Origin: Hyphochytrium catenoides
Taxonomy: Eukaryota; Protista; Hyphochytriomycota
Length of the DNA stretch: 64,000 nt
Direction: 5' to 3'
Assembly: GCA_900088475.1 (NCBI GenBank)
Contig: FLMG01001570.1
Location: forward strand, 186,001-250,000
Numbering within the stretch: the first letter of the stretch is position 1; every line of letters begins with the position of its first letter. Positions 1 to 11,400 of this stretch are shown piece by piece. The notes under the pieces were generated by a model. The model was not told where the DNA came from and made no database searches. It worked only from the letters and a program-made list of their open reading frames with translations. The translations under genes and the position numbers were made by a program.

Positions 1-1092
1 CGACATAGCGGCGCAATCGAGCGTGGAAGCCGTAAATGCAGCGCCAAGAGGAGAGCCAGCAACAGATGTCGGTGGATTAGAAAGTGATTGAGGTAGAGCT
101 CCGTGCTCCGTTGAAGAACCAAGCTGAGTACCATTGACCAGAGTGCCACTCGTAGGGCGATTGGGGTGAGAGCTTTTGTCGCTCCAAGAGTCGTCTAAAG
201 TAGTGCCACAGTTAATACTAGCGTTACCAGAGAGAGATAGAGCTTCAGATGTCACGCTGGCTGGTTGAACGATAGACCTTGCGTTGGTGTTACCGGAACC
301 ACAAGACGTAGAGGAGGGAGTCGATCGCGTGGGACGAGAGTTGGCTTCCGATACAATGAGGTGCCCCTCAGACTTGTCGGCGGTGACTGGAGATCCAGAG
401 GTAATCCCAGGGTCAGAGCTGGTAGACTGAGAATTACCGTTAACTTGATCATCAAAGGGGTCTGAGATGGAGCTCGTGAAAGAGATGGCCGAGCTTGACT
501 CAACAAGACGAAGATTAGGGACAATGGTCGGTGCTTGAGTGTTCAAAGCAGGTGCAGGTTCCTGAGGGGGAGAAGGGGACAGATCCTGAATGACACCGAG
601 TTCCGAAGAAGGTTGAGGGACTAGGGACATGGCTGACTGGCTCTGGAAAGCTGGATAGTACATGGTCGAAGGACTTGCAGGCGAACTCCAGATATCATTG
701 CTGTCGAACCAAGCCGTATGTTGGGACTCACTAAGCCATTGGAAGATGAAGAGGAAGAGCGCAACCGAAATACTCAGGAGAAACAGAACCGTAAGGGACC
801 AAAGTAGGCAGCTCCCAACGAGGGCGATCAGGTTCGGACCGTTGAGGCAGAGATTGATCAATGCGTGACCCACAACAGTGCCCATACCCGTCAAAAATGC
901 GCGGATGAGTTCCCAGCCGGCGATGAGGCAGAGGAGAGACCTGACGGACGCGTTGGGATATACAAGAGACGAGCCGAGATTAGCCGCGAAGTCCACCTTG
1001 AGGCTGAGAGCAGGAGTATCAGCGGCGGCGACATTCGTGATCGAGAACAGGGCCGTGATGATGAAGAGTAGTAGAAACGAGAGCCTCCACAT
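1..1092 (-). CDS. Orphan membrane protein: signal-peptide-like N-terminus, long hydrophobic block, S/T/P-rich low-complexity tail (partial, runs off left edge)
   Basis: Manual translation: ATG at 1092 opens a stop-free frame to base 1 (364 codons; absent from the ORF track because there is no stop in the window). MWRLSFLLLFIITALFSITNVAAA, then ...GSCLLWSLTVLFLLSISVALFLFIFQW, then S/P/T-rich sequence. An in-frame upstream ATG near 1362 is an alternative start. Confidence 0.7.
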   Translation of the reverse strand, partial: MWRLSFLLLFIITALFSITNVAAADTPALSLKVDFAANLGSSLVYPNASVRSLLCLIAGWELIRAFLTGMGTVVGHALINLCLNGPNLIALVGSCLLWSLTVLFLLSISVALFLFIFQWLSESQHTAWFDSNDIWSSPASPSTMYYPAFQSQSAMSLVPQPSSELGVIQDLSPSPPQEPAPALNTQAPTIVPNLRLVESSSAISFTSSISDPFDDQVNGNSQSTSSDPGITSGSPVTADKSEGHLIVSEANSRPTRSTPSSTSCGSGNTNARSIVQPASVTSEALSLSGNASINCGTTLDDSWSDKSSHPNRPTSGTLVNGTQLGSSTEHGALPQSLSNPPTSVAGSPLGAAFTASTLDCAAMS

Positions 1093-2612
1093 ACTTGGAA
1101 TAGGTGTAAAGAGATGGAGGTTTATTGCGGAGATCGTCAAGTTTGCGGTCGCAAAGGTTAGGATCTGAGCTCTATTTAAGAACTTTTGAAGTGATTGTAA
1201 GCTGACAATGAGCTTGAAAGCGGCGACACCAGTCGTGATTCCGATCTCCTTTCCGGGTCGATTATGCCTCTTTCTACAATTGCTTTCGTCCTGCAGCAGC
1301 TGGAGATCACACACAGCAGCAGTGCACAATCTCCAGCTGCTGTTCGTCGCGAAGAGTCGCATGCCAAAAGGCAGCAATGAATCCAGTGCGCACTGCGTTA
1401 GAGAAGACCCCGCGTCCAGCTAGGCGCCTGCTGGTAGCTTTTCTTTGAGAGGATCCGCCCGCGAAAGGTTGACGGTGAGCGCAGCAGCAAGTACGGAAGG
1501 CATTAGCGAAGGGTCACATCTGTCAGAGGAACATAAAGGCTGAGAAAGACAAACGACGGTCACCGTAAGAAGAACAGCGTGATGGTTCCGACGCTAGTCG
1601 AAGAGAAACAAAAGAGGAATTCTCAAGCGACCCATCAAGCATCGTCGAACGCGGCGGTGACTGGAAATGACCGTAGAAGGACGAAAGGAATCAGAAGGTA
1701 AGAACAAAGAAATGGAGAAAGGACAGATCATCCCTTGTTTTGTCGTATTCTCTTCGCTGGTCCTTCTCAGCCGCGTCTGTTCTCTTTATCTGCTGCCTAC
1801 TGCTCTCTCTCTCTCTCTCTCTGGTTAGCGTTCTTGCTTCCCGAAGGCGACAGGCCAATCTGGAGCCTCTATGGTCTCCTTCCATCAAGAGAAGAATGGC
1901 TGGGTACAGGGAAGCATGGTCAGGAGGATAGCAATTGTCCATGGAAATCAAAAGTGTTAATCCTCCTAGGTAAGCAAGGTAAAACAGGAGAAGGACAGGA
2001 GTCACAGGCAGAAGGAGATAGAAAGGGCGAAGGAGATGTAGAGGTCGGGAAAGGGAGCATAGTCACAAGCGACAAGCAACAGCCAAGGCTGACCACGAAC
2101 CAGCAGATGAGAGGGGTCAAACCTTTCGAGGGCGAGGGGAGAACTTGGAGGCTTATTGAAAGGAGGGATCGAGGGCTGTCGCTTGGCTATTAAGTGGTGG
2201 CAAGAGCCTATCGATATCATCTACGACTCTTCCGTCCGTAGAGAGAGCAGAGCTCGATAGTCGTTCGTCGTCGTGTTCAAAGATCAGCCGCGTGAAGCAA
2301 AAAAGGAAAGGGAAAAGAAATGTGTGGCCACGTCCTCCGAGACCACAGAGGAGGAGCATCGTTCGTTGATTGGTGGCAGTAAGGGAAAGGCAGCGGAGCA
2401 TGGAAGCATCTTCTCTTGCCGCTTCTCCTTGGAACAAGTACTGCTTCTCCCTCCTTGTGCGTGTTCCTCGTCTTCTTTCCTCCTCCCTTGTTGGTTTCTT
2501 GCTGCTTCTGATGAAACAGAGCCTGGAGGCGGCACAGAGTAGCCTGTCTCGCCGCCGCTATGCGTTCAGCTCTGTTGCCTTTGAAAGGATCTCATCCTTG
2601 CTGTCTCGCAAC

Positions 2613-2731
2613 GCTCTCTCTCTTCTCTTCCGCTCGCTCTCTTCTCTTCCTCTCTCTCTCTCCTCTCTTCCCCTCTCTCTCTCTCTCCTCTCTTCCCCTC
2701 TCTCTCTCTCGCCTCTCTTTCTGCCTCTCTC
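2613..2731. repeat. Imperfect (CT)n polypyrimidine microsatellite between the two divergent orphan genes
   Basis: Visible CT-rich run; a shorter (CT)n lies at about 1803-1822. Confidence 0.85.
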
Positions 2732-4664
2732 ACAAAGATCTGGATGAAAGATACACAAGAGATGATTTCCAAAACCATTGATTCCTCTCAAAGCCTTCTT
2801 TTGTAGATCTCAATCATTTTCCATGAAACAAATGATCTTCGAAATCTTTCTTTCTCAGCCCGCGAGCCGTTATCATTCAAACTTCCAAAGAGCAAAGCTG
2901 TGCCTAGCAACCAGAATAATAAAGCGCTAAAAGCAGGTTGGATGGTAGCCTTCCAGCCATAGTGTAAACCTTGATACAGTAAGAAGGTACCAAAAACCCT
3001 TATTATCTATATTACAAATGGCAGTCTCCGGCAGTTTATGCGTCAATCATAGGACCAGATCTTTGACCAACACGCCGTGGAGCGGCGGAGCAGAGGCGAA
3101 AGCGAAGCATCAGGACAACAACGGCGCCAGGAGCCTGTCTCCTCCTCCTCCTACTGATGATCTGACGATGATGTTATTGCTGCTGCTGCTGCTGGCGACG
3201 GCAATCCATCGGCCTTTGGCCCATTCGCTCGTTCGCCTGTCTCGATGACGATCGAGGTTCTACTCGTTGTGACGCTGATGCAGCCAGCAGGGCTGTCTGG
3301 TCAGAGATGCAGAGCGTAGAGTCACACTGACATTCGAGAAGGGTAGACGGGTGGATAGAAGCTGGGTGAGACAGGTAGACAGCGAACGAAGAGCACAAAG
3401 AATCAGAAGAGAGTGGTGGGAGAGAAAGGGCGATTGCGTCCGATCGAAGAGACGCTTAACAATGCGTCATGGTCATTGTCGAGTGAGAACGAGAGAGGCA
3501 CATCATCGATGGACACACCAAACCATTCGAAAGAAGTTTCGAAGGAAGGTGGGCTCTTGGTGATGGCGATGTTTGTTCCTCTTCTTCACACTTACTAGTC
3601 GTTATGAAGGCTTGTTCTTCCTTTGTTGGCTCTACTACCACTACTGCTCACCTCCTTTTCTTCGAGATCTCATCTACTGTTTTGCCGTTGCCAATGCCGC
3701 AGGAGTCTCTGCTACCACCGTAAGGCGAGGAAGAGAGAGAAGGAAATGCGTCAAATAGTGGGCCCTCTGCTACAACTAGAAGAGCTTTTGGGCCCATTTC
3801 TATATCACGGAAGGGGAGGTAGGCACTTGTGAGTGGCTTTTAGGTGAATCAGAGAGAAGCTGAGTCATCAGAGTTGTTCAGATGAAGAAGAATTCGCTAT
3901 AGAAGTAGCCCAGTGGAGAGTCAAGAAAACGGTAGTCCTGCCTGGGCTTTGCTTTGAAGCAGCTACTCCTTAAGCTGACCTTGGGTCTGATGCGAGTGCC
4001 TACCATACTTCTGGGGTTTGTTCCCTATCATTCGCCACTGAACATCAGGCTTCCCTACCCGCTGCTGGAGATCTAGCTTTGTCGTATCATAAAGTGCTCC
4101 TTCTCGCTGCATTCAAATTCCCTGTTCAGTGCCTTTGTCTTGCAGCAGCAGCTCCCCTGCTGCTGTAATGTCTCTTTCTCCCTTCTTGTTTGGCTGCTGT
4201 GTACCAACAACTGGTTATCGTACGCCGACCAGCATCCTCTGACTAGTACACTCACCGCCCGTGCTGGCTCCTCTGTCTGAAGGAGGAATGACCCTTCGGA
4301 AGGCCCTGTGAGGACCAAAGAGGAGCTGACTGCAAAGACGGGGGAAGGGAAAGGAAGTTGAGGAGATGGCATGATAGTGAGCATGGAAGCCTGTGAGGAA
4401 GAAGGGAACAGTAGGAGATGATACTGACAGCCCATGGTGAGAGAGAGACGGGGGAAGAGAGAGGGAAAGGTCACGCTGGAGATTTGAATCGCGAGAGCAG
4501 AGATCTGCATGCCAGATTGAGATCTTTATGAAGAGCTCCTCAGTTGGCAATCTGCATTCCAACGCTCAAACGCTCGAAAAGCATCTCTGACCGCGCCGTT
4601 AAAGCTTTCTTGAAAAACACATTGCGTTCTTCAGTATCCTGCTCCTCTCGCAATCCATTGAAGA

Positions 4665-7313
4665 ATGTCGTCCACTATGTCATCTTCCAACGGGGACCAA
4701 GGCTTCCCCTCATGGCCCATTGTGACGTATCGGCAAGCTCCCACCGCCAACAATCTGGCCGGCGACCGTCGTACTGCTCTAAACATTATCTTTTGGATCT
4801 TCTGCGTAGTGTTTGGCTTGTTTGATGTGCTCAGTATTGGTGGACTGATTGAGGGATTGAAGCTTTTCTTCGTGTCAAGTGTTGCTTTCAGCGCCGTGCT
4901 AGGGTTTATGTTCGGGTTCTGCTTGGCTATGCTATTGGTTTTTGTTCTATGTCTGGTCATTATAATTGCTCTTGGCTATGCTTTGCTTACGCAGAATAAC
5001 CTGTCCTCGACTTCTCTTCCTCAGACCAGATCCGCGGAGACTGCCTCGGCAAGCCAGGAATCCCCTCAGGCCAAGGAAAAGGATCGGAGTACTAACTGCG
5101 CTCCTCTTTCTCCACAAGTTCACGCAATGGTTCTCTCATCAACGCCGGTTCTCGACAAATTCACGTGCGACTCTACTTCCAAGGATACGACATCCAGCCC
5201 CTCATCTTCCACACCCTACTTGCGGCGCACGAAGACTTCAGCTCCTGACATGGCCGTCCAGTCCCATCACAAGGACTCAAAGGAAGCGGTAACTGTCGTT
5301 GGCCTACCCGAAGCTCCTACCTCGACATGTGCTACACCTGATCAAGCTCCGAAGCCTACTGTCTCTCAATCGAAAACCATGGTCAACTCTTCCAAGTCTT
5401 CTAACTTGCCGACCATCAAGCCTGCAGCAATTGGACCATGTGAAACGGTTGATGGTGATCAAAAGAACGACACGATAAAGGTCGAGCAGGCGCCAGCTGC
5501 TCCCCAGACAACCACAGCGCCAGCAGTCCAACCTTCCTACACCAAGACCCGGAAAGCTGAGACTCCCCCTAGTGCTGCTGATAAGGGGGTCGATCCTTTG
5601 GCCAAACGTAGAAAGAAGACCGACAAACCTTGTGCTGCTTCAACTGCTGCTTCAAGTGTCACGAGCTGGAGGAATGTCCCTGGTTCCGTAAGCAAGGCTC
5701 CGCGCATAGCTGCTGAATCCCCAAAGATCCCGCCTGGGGCAGACAATAAAGCTGTGGCGACTTCAAAGGACATAGCTACCCGAGTCACGACTGTGCTAAC
5801 GCTGATGACCAACAGTGGGGCTGAGTCAATGAAGCCCATCACATCTCAATCTCTGACTGCTGCTTCAAAGGCGCCTAAGCAGTCATCAGCAGACACAAGG
5901 AAGACAGTCAATGGACCTGTGGCCCCCACCGCCAACAGCGCCACGGCAACCCCAGATACCAGCAAGAACGCACCTGCACCAACGAAGGCGGATCCATCTC
6001 TACCTCAGTCCGCACCTCGTGAGGCAACACCAAACACGAACATAGCTTCCACCCCGTTCACTGCCGCCACCGCCTCACTCACTCCGTCGGCAGTGAAGGC
6101 CCCACAGTCTACTAGGAAGATTGCACCTCAGAAGCCTTTGGAGCCATTACCTCAGGAGTCCATTGCCAAGTCGCAGAACTCAGTTGCAACGGGAAACAAA
6201 GCTACCGCGACCTCCAACGGCTTCACAGTCGCTCTCAGCAACACTGTGCTAGTTCCACTTCCCAAGGACGGGACCAATCCTAAGCCCGCAGCAGTTCTGC
6301 CAACTGCAGCTGCCCAACCACCACAGAGAGTGTCCTTTAAGATTGAGAAGCAGCAGCGGGGCAAAGTGAGCAAGACCTCAGCGAGTCCCGGCAAAACTTT
6401 CGGTTTTGCGACTTCACAAGGCGTCAAGTCTCCTAAGCCTCAGCCTGTGACTAAGGCTGAGGAAAAAACTAAAGCCAACACAATAATTGCACCTAAGGCT
6501 GTGACGGCGGTTGGACCAGAAAGCAACGGCAACAAGGCAAACAGCCAACTGATCTCTACTCCGATCTTTAACTTTCCTCCTCTTGGACGTGTGAGCAAGC
6601 CTGCCGTGGTACCCACATTCACATCCACTGGCCCCTTGAAGTACAAGGCGGAAAGGGACCTTACAGCAAAGGACATCGTTGCCACAGATGTTGGGGTTCT
6701 TATCACGAAGCTACAGGCCTTTTCGATGAAGGATGGACCAAGCTCCAGCGAAGGAGGGGCTGCTCCAGCTCCGTCTCAAGTTGCTTCCTCGCAGCCGCCG
6801 GTACAACGAAGTCCGACCGCTACCTTCAACGCTTTGGACGAAGAGATGAAAGAAGCCTCTCAGCCATCGGACGACAAAATTTGTGGGAAGGCACAAGCGG
6901 CGCCTGAGCAAGGTACCTGCGCAATGGATTCTGAAGAGAAGCAGATAGCAGATTTATTGCTCCTTCTGAACAGCGTGGGGATCCCGACCAACGTTCCATC
7001 AGCCGCTCAGACGGCAGCCAATCCTCTTGCGCAAATCTATAAACCGATTCCTCCTCCGCCAGACCTCATGGGCCCTAGTCGCCCCACCAGCAGTGTCCCC
7101 GTGGCCCCAGTTCCTCCCTCAACCCCAGGCCCTCGTTCACTATCGGCGGGAAGACCTACTCCTCAAGCAGCAACGCCTACCGCCCCAGCAACGGCTCCGA
7201 GACGGAAAGTCAAGGCTAAACGGAACAGAACGGGGCCAAGACCCGTCGTTCCTTCAAAGGAAAAACCAACTGAAGGACCCAAGCGTAACCTGGCGATGTC
7301 TGTGGTGGTGTAG
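4665..7313 (+). CDS. 882-aa intronless orphan protein: N-terminal ~70-aa hydrophobic (multi-TM or hairpin) block plus long A/P/S/T/K-rich disordered tail
   Basis: 2.6 kb uninterrupted ORF; hydrophobic stretch IIFWIFCVVFG...LVIIIALGYALL; basic clusters KRRKK and RRKVKAKRNR. No family recognised. Confidence 0.8.
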   Translation: MSSTMSSSNGDQGFPSWPIVTYRQAPTANNLAGDRRTALNIIFWIFCVVFGLFDVLSIGGLIEGLKLFFVSSVAFSAVLGFMFGFCLAMLLVFVLCLVIIIALGYALLTQNNLSSTSLPQTRSAETASASQESPQAKEKDRSTNCAPLSPQVHAMVLSSTPVLDKFTCDSTSKDTTSSPSSSTPYLRRTKTSAPDMAVQSHHKDSKEAVTVVGLPEAPTSTCATPDQAPKPTVSQSKTMVNSSKSSNLPTIKPAAIGPCETVDGDQKNDTIKVEQAPAAPQTTTAPAVQPSYTKTRKAETPPSAADKGVDPLAKRRKKTDKPCAASTAASSVTSWRNVPGSVSKAPRIAAESPKIPPGADNKAVATSKDIATRVTTVLTLMTNSGAESMKPITSQSLTAASKAPKQSSADTRKTVNGPVAPTANSATATPDTSKNAPAPTKADPSLPQSAPREATPNTNIASTPFTAATASLTPSAVKAPQSTRKIAPQKPLEPLPQESIAKSQNSVATGNKATATSNGFTVALSNTVLVPLPKDGTNPKPAAVLPTAAAQPPQRVSFKIEKQQRGKVSKTSASPGKTFGFATSQGVKSPKPQPVTKAEEKTKANTIIAPKAVTAVGPESNGNKANSQLISTPIFNFPPLGRVSKPAVVPTFTSTGPLKYKAERDLTAKDIVATDVGVLITKLQAFSMKDGPSSSEGGAAPAPSQVASSQPPVQRSPTATFNALDEEMKEASQPSDDKICGKAQAAPEQGTCAMDSEEKQIADLLLLLNSVGIPTNVPSAAQTAANPLAQIYKPIPPPPDLMGPSRPTSSVPVAPVPPSTPGPRSLSAGRPTPQAATPTAPATAPRRKVKAKRNRTGPRPVVPSKEKPTEGPKRNLAMSVVV

Positions 7314-8472
7314 GATGGATTGGTGCTGTTAGGTTTATGGTAGCACACCCACCAAAGCATCGCCTAGAAGATCATCCTGGGGACACTGGCTCGACTTGGT
7401 GTTGGGGATTCTCTGGACGTGCCTGGTCTCTCATGTCTCGCATGGATTGCTCCTCATCATGCAGTTTATTTTGCCTACTTCTCTCTTTACTCGGACCTGA
7501 TCCTTACATTTGCATGATTGTGCTGGTTTATGCTTCCTTTTGGTCTTCTAGGGCGACCGTCAGACTCATGACTTTGGCTTACCTTCTTGGCATAGGGTGG
7601 GGAATAGAGAATTAAGAACGGGAGGAAGAGATGGGGATCGTAGGAGGGAGAGACAGATATGGAGTAACGATAGAGGGAGCTATGGGAAGTAGGTCTGGTC
7701 AGCTTCGACGGTCGCCCTTTGTAGAGTGAACTCTGTCTCCGAATAATGGCTGTGTCCCTTGCTTGCAATGTGTTAACCTCTTGCTCCATCTTCCCTCAGC
7801 CCAAAGGTAAGTGGCCCAGGTGAGTGGCAGATCCTTCGGCTTCAACGAAAGATCTGTCACTCACCTTCCGTACCCTTACACGGCCAGGGAGGATTAGAGG
7901 AAATTAGGACGATCATGCTCTCTAACATAAATAATAGCGAATAATCCAACCGCCAGTCTCCTCTTTCACGTTCTTTACATTGCTCTACACAGACAGCTGC
8001 TGATCAAGCTGATGCGCCTGCTGTCGCCCCATCGATGTGATCAACGTTGTGCCTGTGGAAAATTGCTCTAAAGAAGTCTGTCCATCCTGATTCTTGAGTT
8101 CGATGGGTTCATAGGTTACCCAATAAACGGCTCCCTGTTAGGACGCCTCTGAGGCCTACGCTTTGAGGCTCTCGTTCCTGTCAGCTTTTCATTCCGCCAG
8201 AGAGCTTCTTCTTTCCGTAGGCTATAGATATGCAATGAAGACGAGCAGCGAAGTATACCTTAGTCAGACCGCCGCGAGATAACGGCAATCAGCCGATACG
8301 TGCAAAGCTATAGAGAGTACCTCAGACGCTAAAGTTTCCAAAGCCGGTGTTAAGGGCCGAGCTGTCACGAGACAGCTGGGCGGAACAATGTGAGGATGGA
8401 TTTAGAGTGCATAATCCTCCTTTATTGTTTATTTAGACTTTCTACTCCTTTCCTTCTTTGTCCACACTTGCA

Positions 8473-11400
8473 CTAGCCGAAGCTTGCCGGTCGGACCATC
8501 CTCAGTAGCTGTTCCATGATCTTCTGGTACTGCAGAGAGCTGCGATTCATCCTATCCATGGTCTCCGGCAGGCAGCGCAGATGTAAGCTCTGCTTGATGC
8601 AGGCATGGCTCTGGGATAGGAATAGACAGGAAGTAACCCGTGAAGTTAGGCCTCTCAAATGAAAGATCTTACTCCTCCTTTTCTTCTGTCTAACTCCTCC
8701 TCCCTTGCAAGAATGTCGCTATGGATGTGCATGACACTCTTGGGCACGGTGGCGACACAGAGTAGCATACCTGATGTAGGGCCGCGGGGTTGGCGTTGAA
8801 AGTCTTGTCACCTTCTTGCGCCTGCACTATGCAGCATTTCGTTCTTGAGGCTGCTTCCAGGTCCACCTGGTAGAGAACCGTCTGTACCTCAGCCTGTTGC
8901 AGGTTGTGGACGTGTGAAACGTGTGAAGGAGTATGGACTCTGAGAGGAGCTAAACCAGGGCCAAGTGGACATCATGACGAAGCTTTTTATAGGAGACTGA
9001 GCTTCGAAGAACCAGCTAAACCACTTGCAGAGCTCCTCGTTAGTAAAGATATGATGAAGGATAAAGTCTCGCCATGTATCCTTATTTACCTCCTGATGGG
9101 GCTTCTTTGCGAAGGCAGCGCTCTCCTTGATCCTGATGACCGCTTCGCTGGGTCCGCTGCGATAGTTCCAGCCGCTGCTCAGAACCTCAAAGGAGGAGCT
9201 CAGCCACGAAATCTCTCGGTAAAGCTTCTCCTCCAAGGAAGCATCCTAAAAGAAAAAAGTAAGACACAAGCGCTTATAGGCACCAAGAGGGGGAACGGGC
9301 TCTAGCAGAGAGATGGCGACGAGAAGTGGCTTGGACGTACTTTGGGCGTGACTCTGGTCCTGACATCCTGCTTGGGAAAGTTCTCCAGAGGAAGCTCTGC
9401 GTCGTCATCTCTCGGCTGAAGATTGACGCCACTAGCTTTTAGGCGCTGGGAAAGAGAGAGAGTGCGATCAGCACCAGATAGAGACAGGAGAGAGAGAAGA
9501 TAGAGAGAGTACGAGACAGGGAGACAACCAGACATAAAGATCGAGACAAGGAAGCCTAGACAAGGAAGCAGATATCACAAACAGTACGGAACCTTTTCAA
9601 GGATGCATCCACGGAGGGAGTGAAGAACAGGGAGATGATGAAGTAGAGGATGGGAAGATAGGGCATGTCATCACCCGAATTAGCTCTCCGGGACTCATCT
9701 CCTTTCTCAGCAGGTTTTTCAAGCCTGGAATGTCAGGTTGGAGCAGGGAGCAAGACCGAGTCCCAACTGAGATTGAGACAGAGAAGCGTGGTCCCTCTAA
9801 AGTGAAGACAGAAGACTGGTCTCCCTGAGGAATATTTAGAGGCTGGACGGACCACGAGCGGTACCCTAGGTCCAGCCTTCGGTCCTGACAGAACAGAGAA
9901 TCGTGGAATTACATGTCGGAGCTGGGACACTTGTGCATAGTCAAAAACTAGAGACAGCCCAGGGGATACACCGAGAAGGAAGGCATGCTGCTCAGACGCA
10001 GAGCTGTGTGGAAGTAGGAATCGCTATCCGTAGACGTTCGTACGGGTGTCTCCAGAGAGAGGAATAGGAGAGGACAGACAGCTAAAGGGAGAAAGATATC
10101 TCACCTGGACGACTGCGAAGGGAGCCAAGTGAAGGGTCTGCAGAGATAAAACGCGACTCTCAGGCGTGTAGGTGACTTCCGTCAATGACTCTTGATCCCA
10201 CATCTGTGACGCCTGAAGAGAGAGGAGAAAAAAGTGACCCTCAGCTCTGCGTAAGCACAGCGAAAGACAGAGAGAAAGGCAATCTGTGACGCCTGAAGAG
10301 AGAGCGATGACAGAGGGAAGTAAACAGCTGTCTAAGAGATAGCATTTCCTCTCTCTAGCACATACCGCGTTCCACCAGCCAACCTTGTGGCTGTTGAAGG
10401 TGTCGTCGATCTACGAAGAGAAGAAAGAGCGATGTTAAGACGGAATATAGCTGTTCCATCTCACCGTTCTTGTGCTATCTCCTCGGTCACGTTGACTTTC
10501 CTCTGCCCCTGTAAGTCCGCTAAACTCCATCTCCATGCCTCTCACTTTGTTAGTTCCCATATACTTACCACGACATCTTCAGGCAGCGTAAAGGACACTC
10601 TGATCGGAAGGGCTGCAGTCGTGGACATCCCTTTATCTTCTGGAGGGTACGGAATGACTTGGGACAGCGTGTTGGGCGAGACTACAGCCAGTTAGCCACA
10701 GCGCATAGGAGTGGTGAGTGTCCGTAAAGGGGCAGATGAGACCATAAGTATTGCTACGAAGCCTCTTCTACTCCTAGTCTGAGATAGACATGTGGATGAC
10801 GATTGCAGAGCTGTCAATTTAGGCGGGGAAGTACCTTCTCGCATAGTCCAACCCTTGATCTTCCAAGGAGGAGGTGGCACACTCATCAGCTGGACCGTGC
10901 ACACAGCACCCTACAATCAACAAAGAATGACGAGGCAAGAGAAGGACTTAAGTGCCCCAGAACTGCAGAGAAAGGTTGCGGTGGAGACTACGTGGCATTG
11001 CGGCAGATGGAGAGATGGAAAGAGTAAGGGGACAGCAATTAGTCAGTTGAAAATAGGCTAAGGACCAACACTAGCAGTCAAAAATAGAGCATGTGATCGG
11101 GATAGGCGACGCTAGGAAGAAGAAGATCTACCAGGGCCATCTCCGAGCTGCCAACAGATCTGAAAGAGACGTGGTCGTATGGAGTTTGAATAGCTCGTAG
11201 GGCAAGGGTCTGGGACGAGAGGTTCTTCGGCAGATCCACACTAATTCCCAGTCCTTCAAAGGCGATCTTCTTTAGCCGGAAGCCCTTGCCAGTCGAGTTT
11301 ATCCAGACTCCGTACTTGAAGTCACAGCGACTATAGGAGAAGATGGGCTCAGTCTTCGACTTGTCCCCCGTCTCCTACATCATCCAGAGCCAAAGAGTCA

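Noticed and set aside
1691-4562. Many overlapping 60-150 aa ORFs rich in L/S or R/E
   Set aside because: Translations of CT/AG microsatellite-rich DNA with no motif or splice support.
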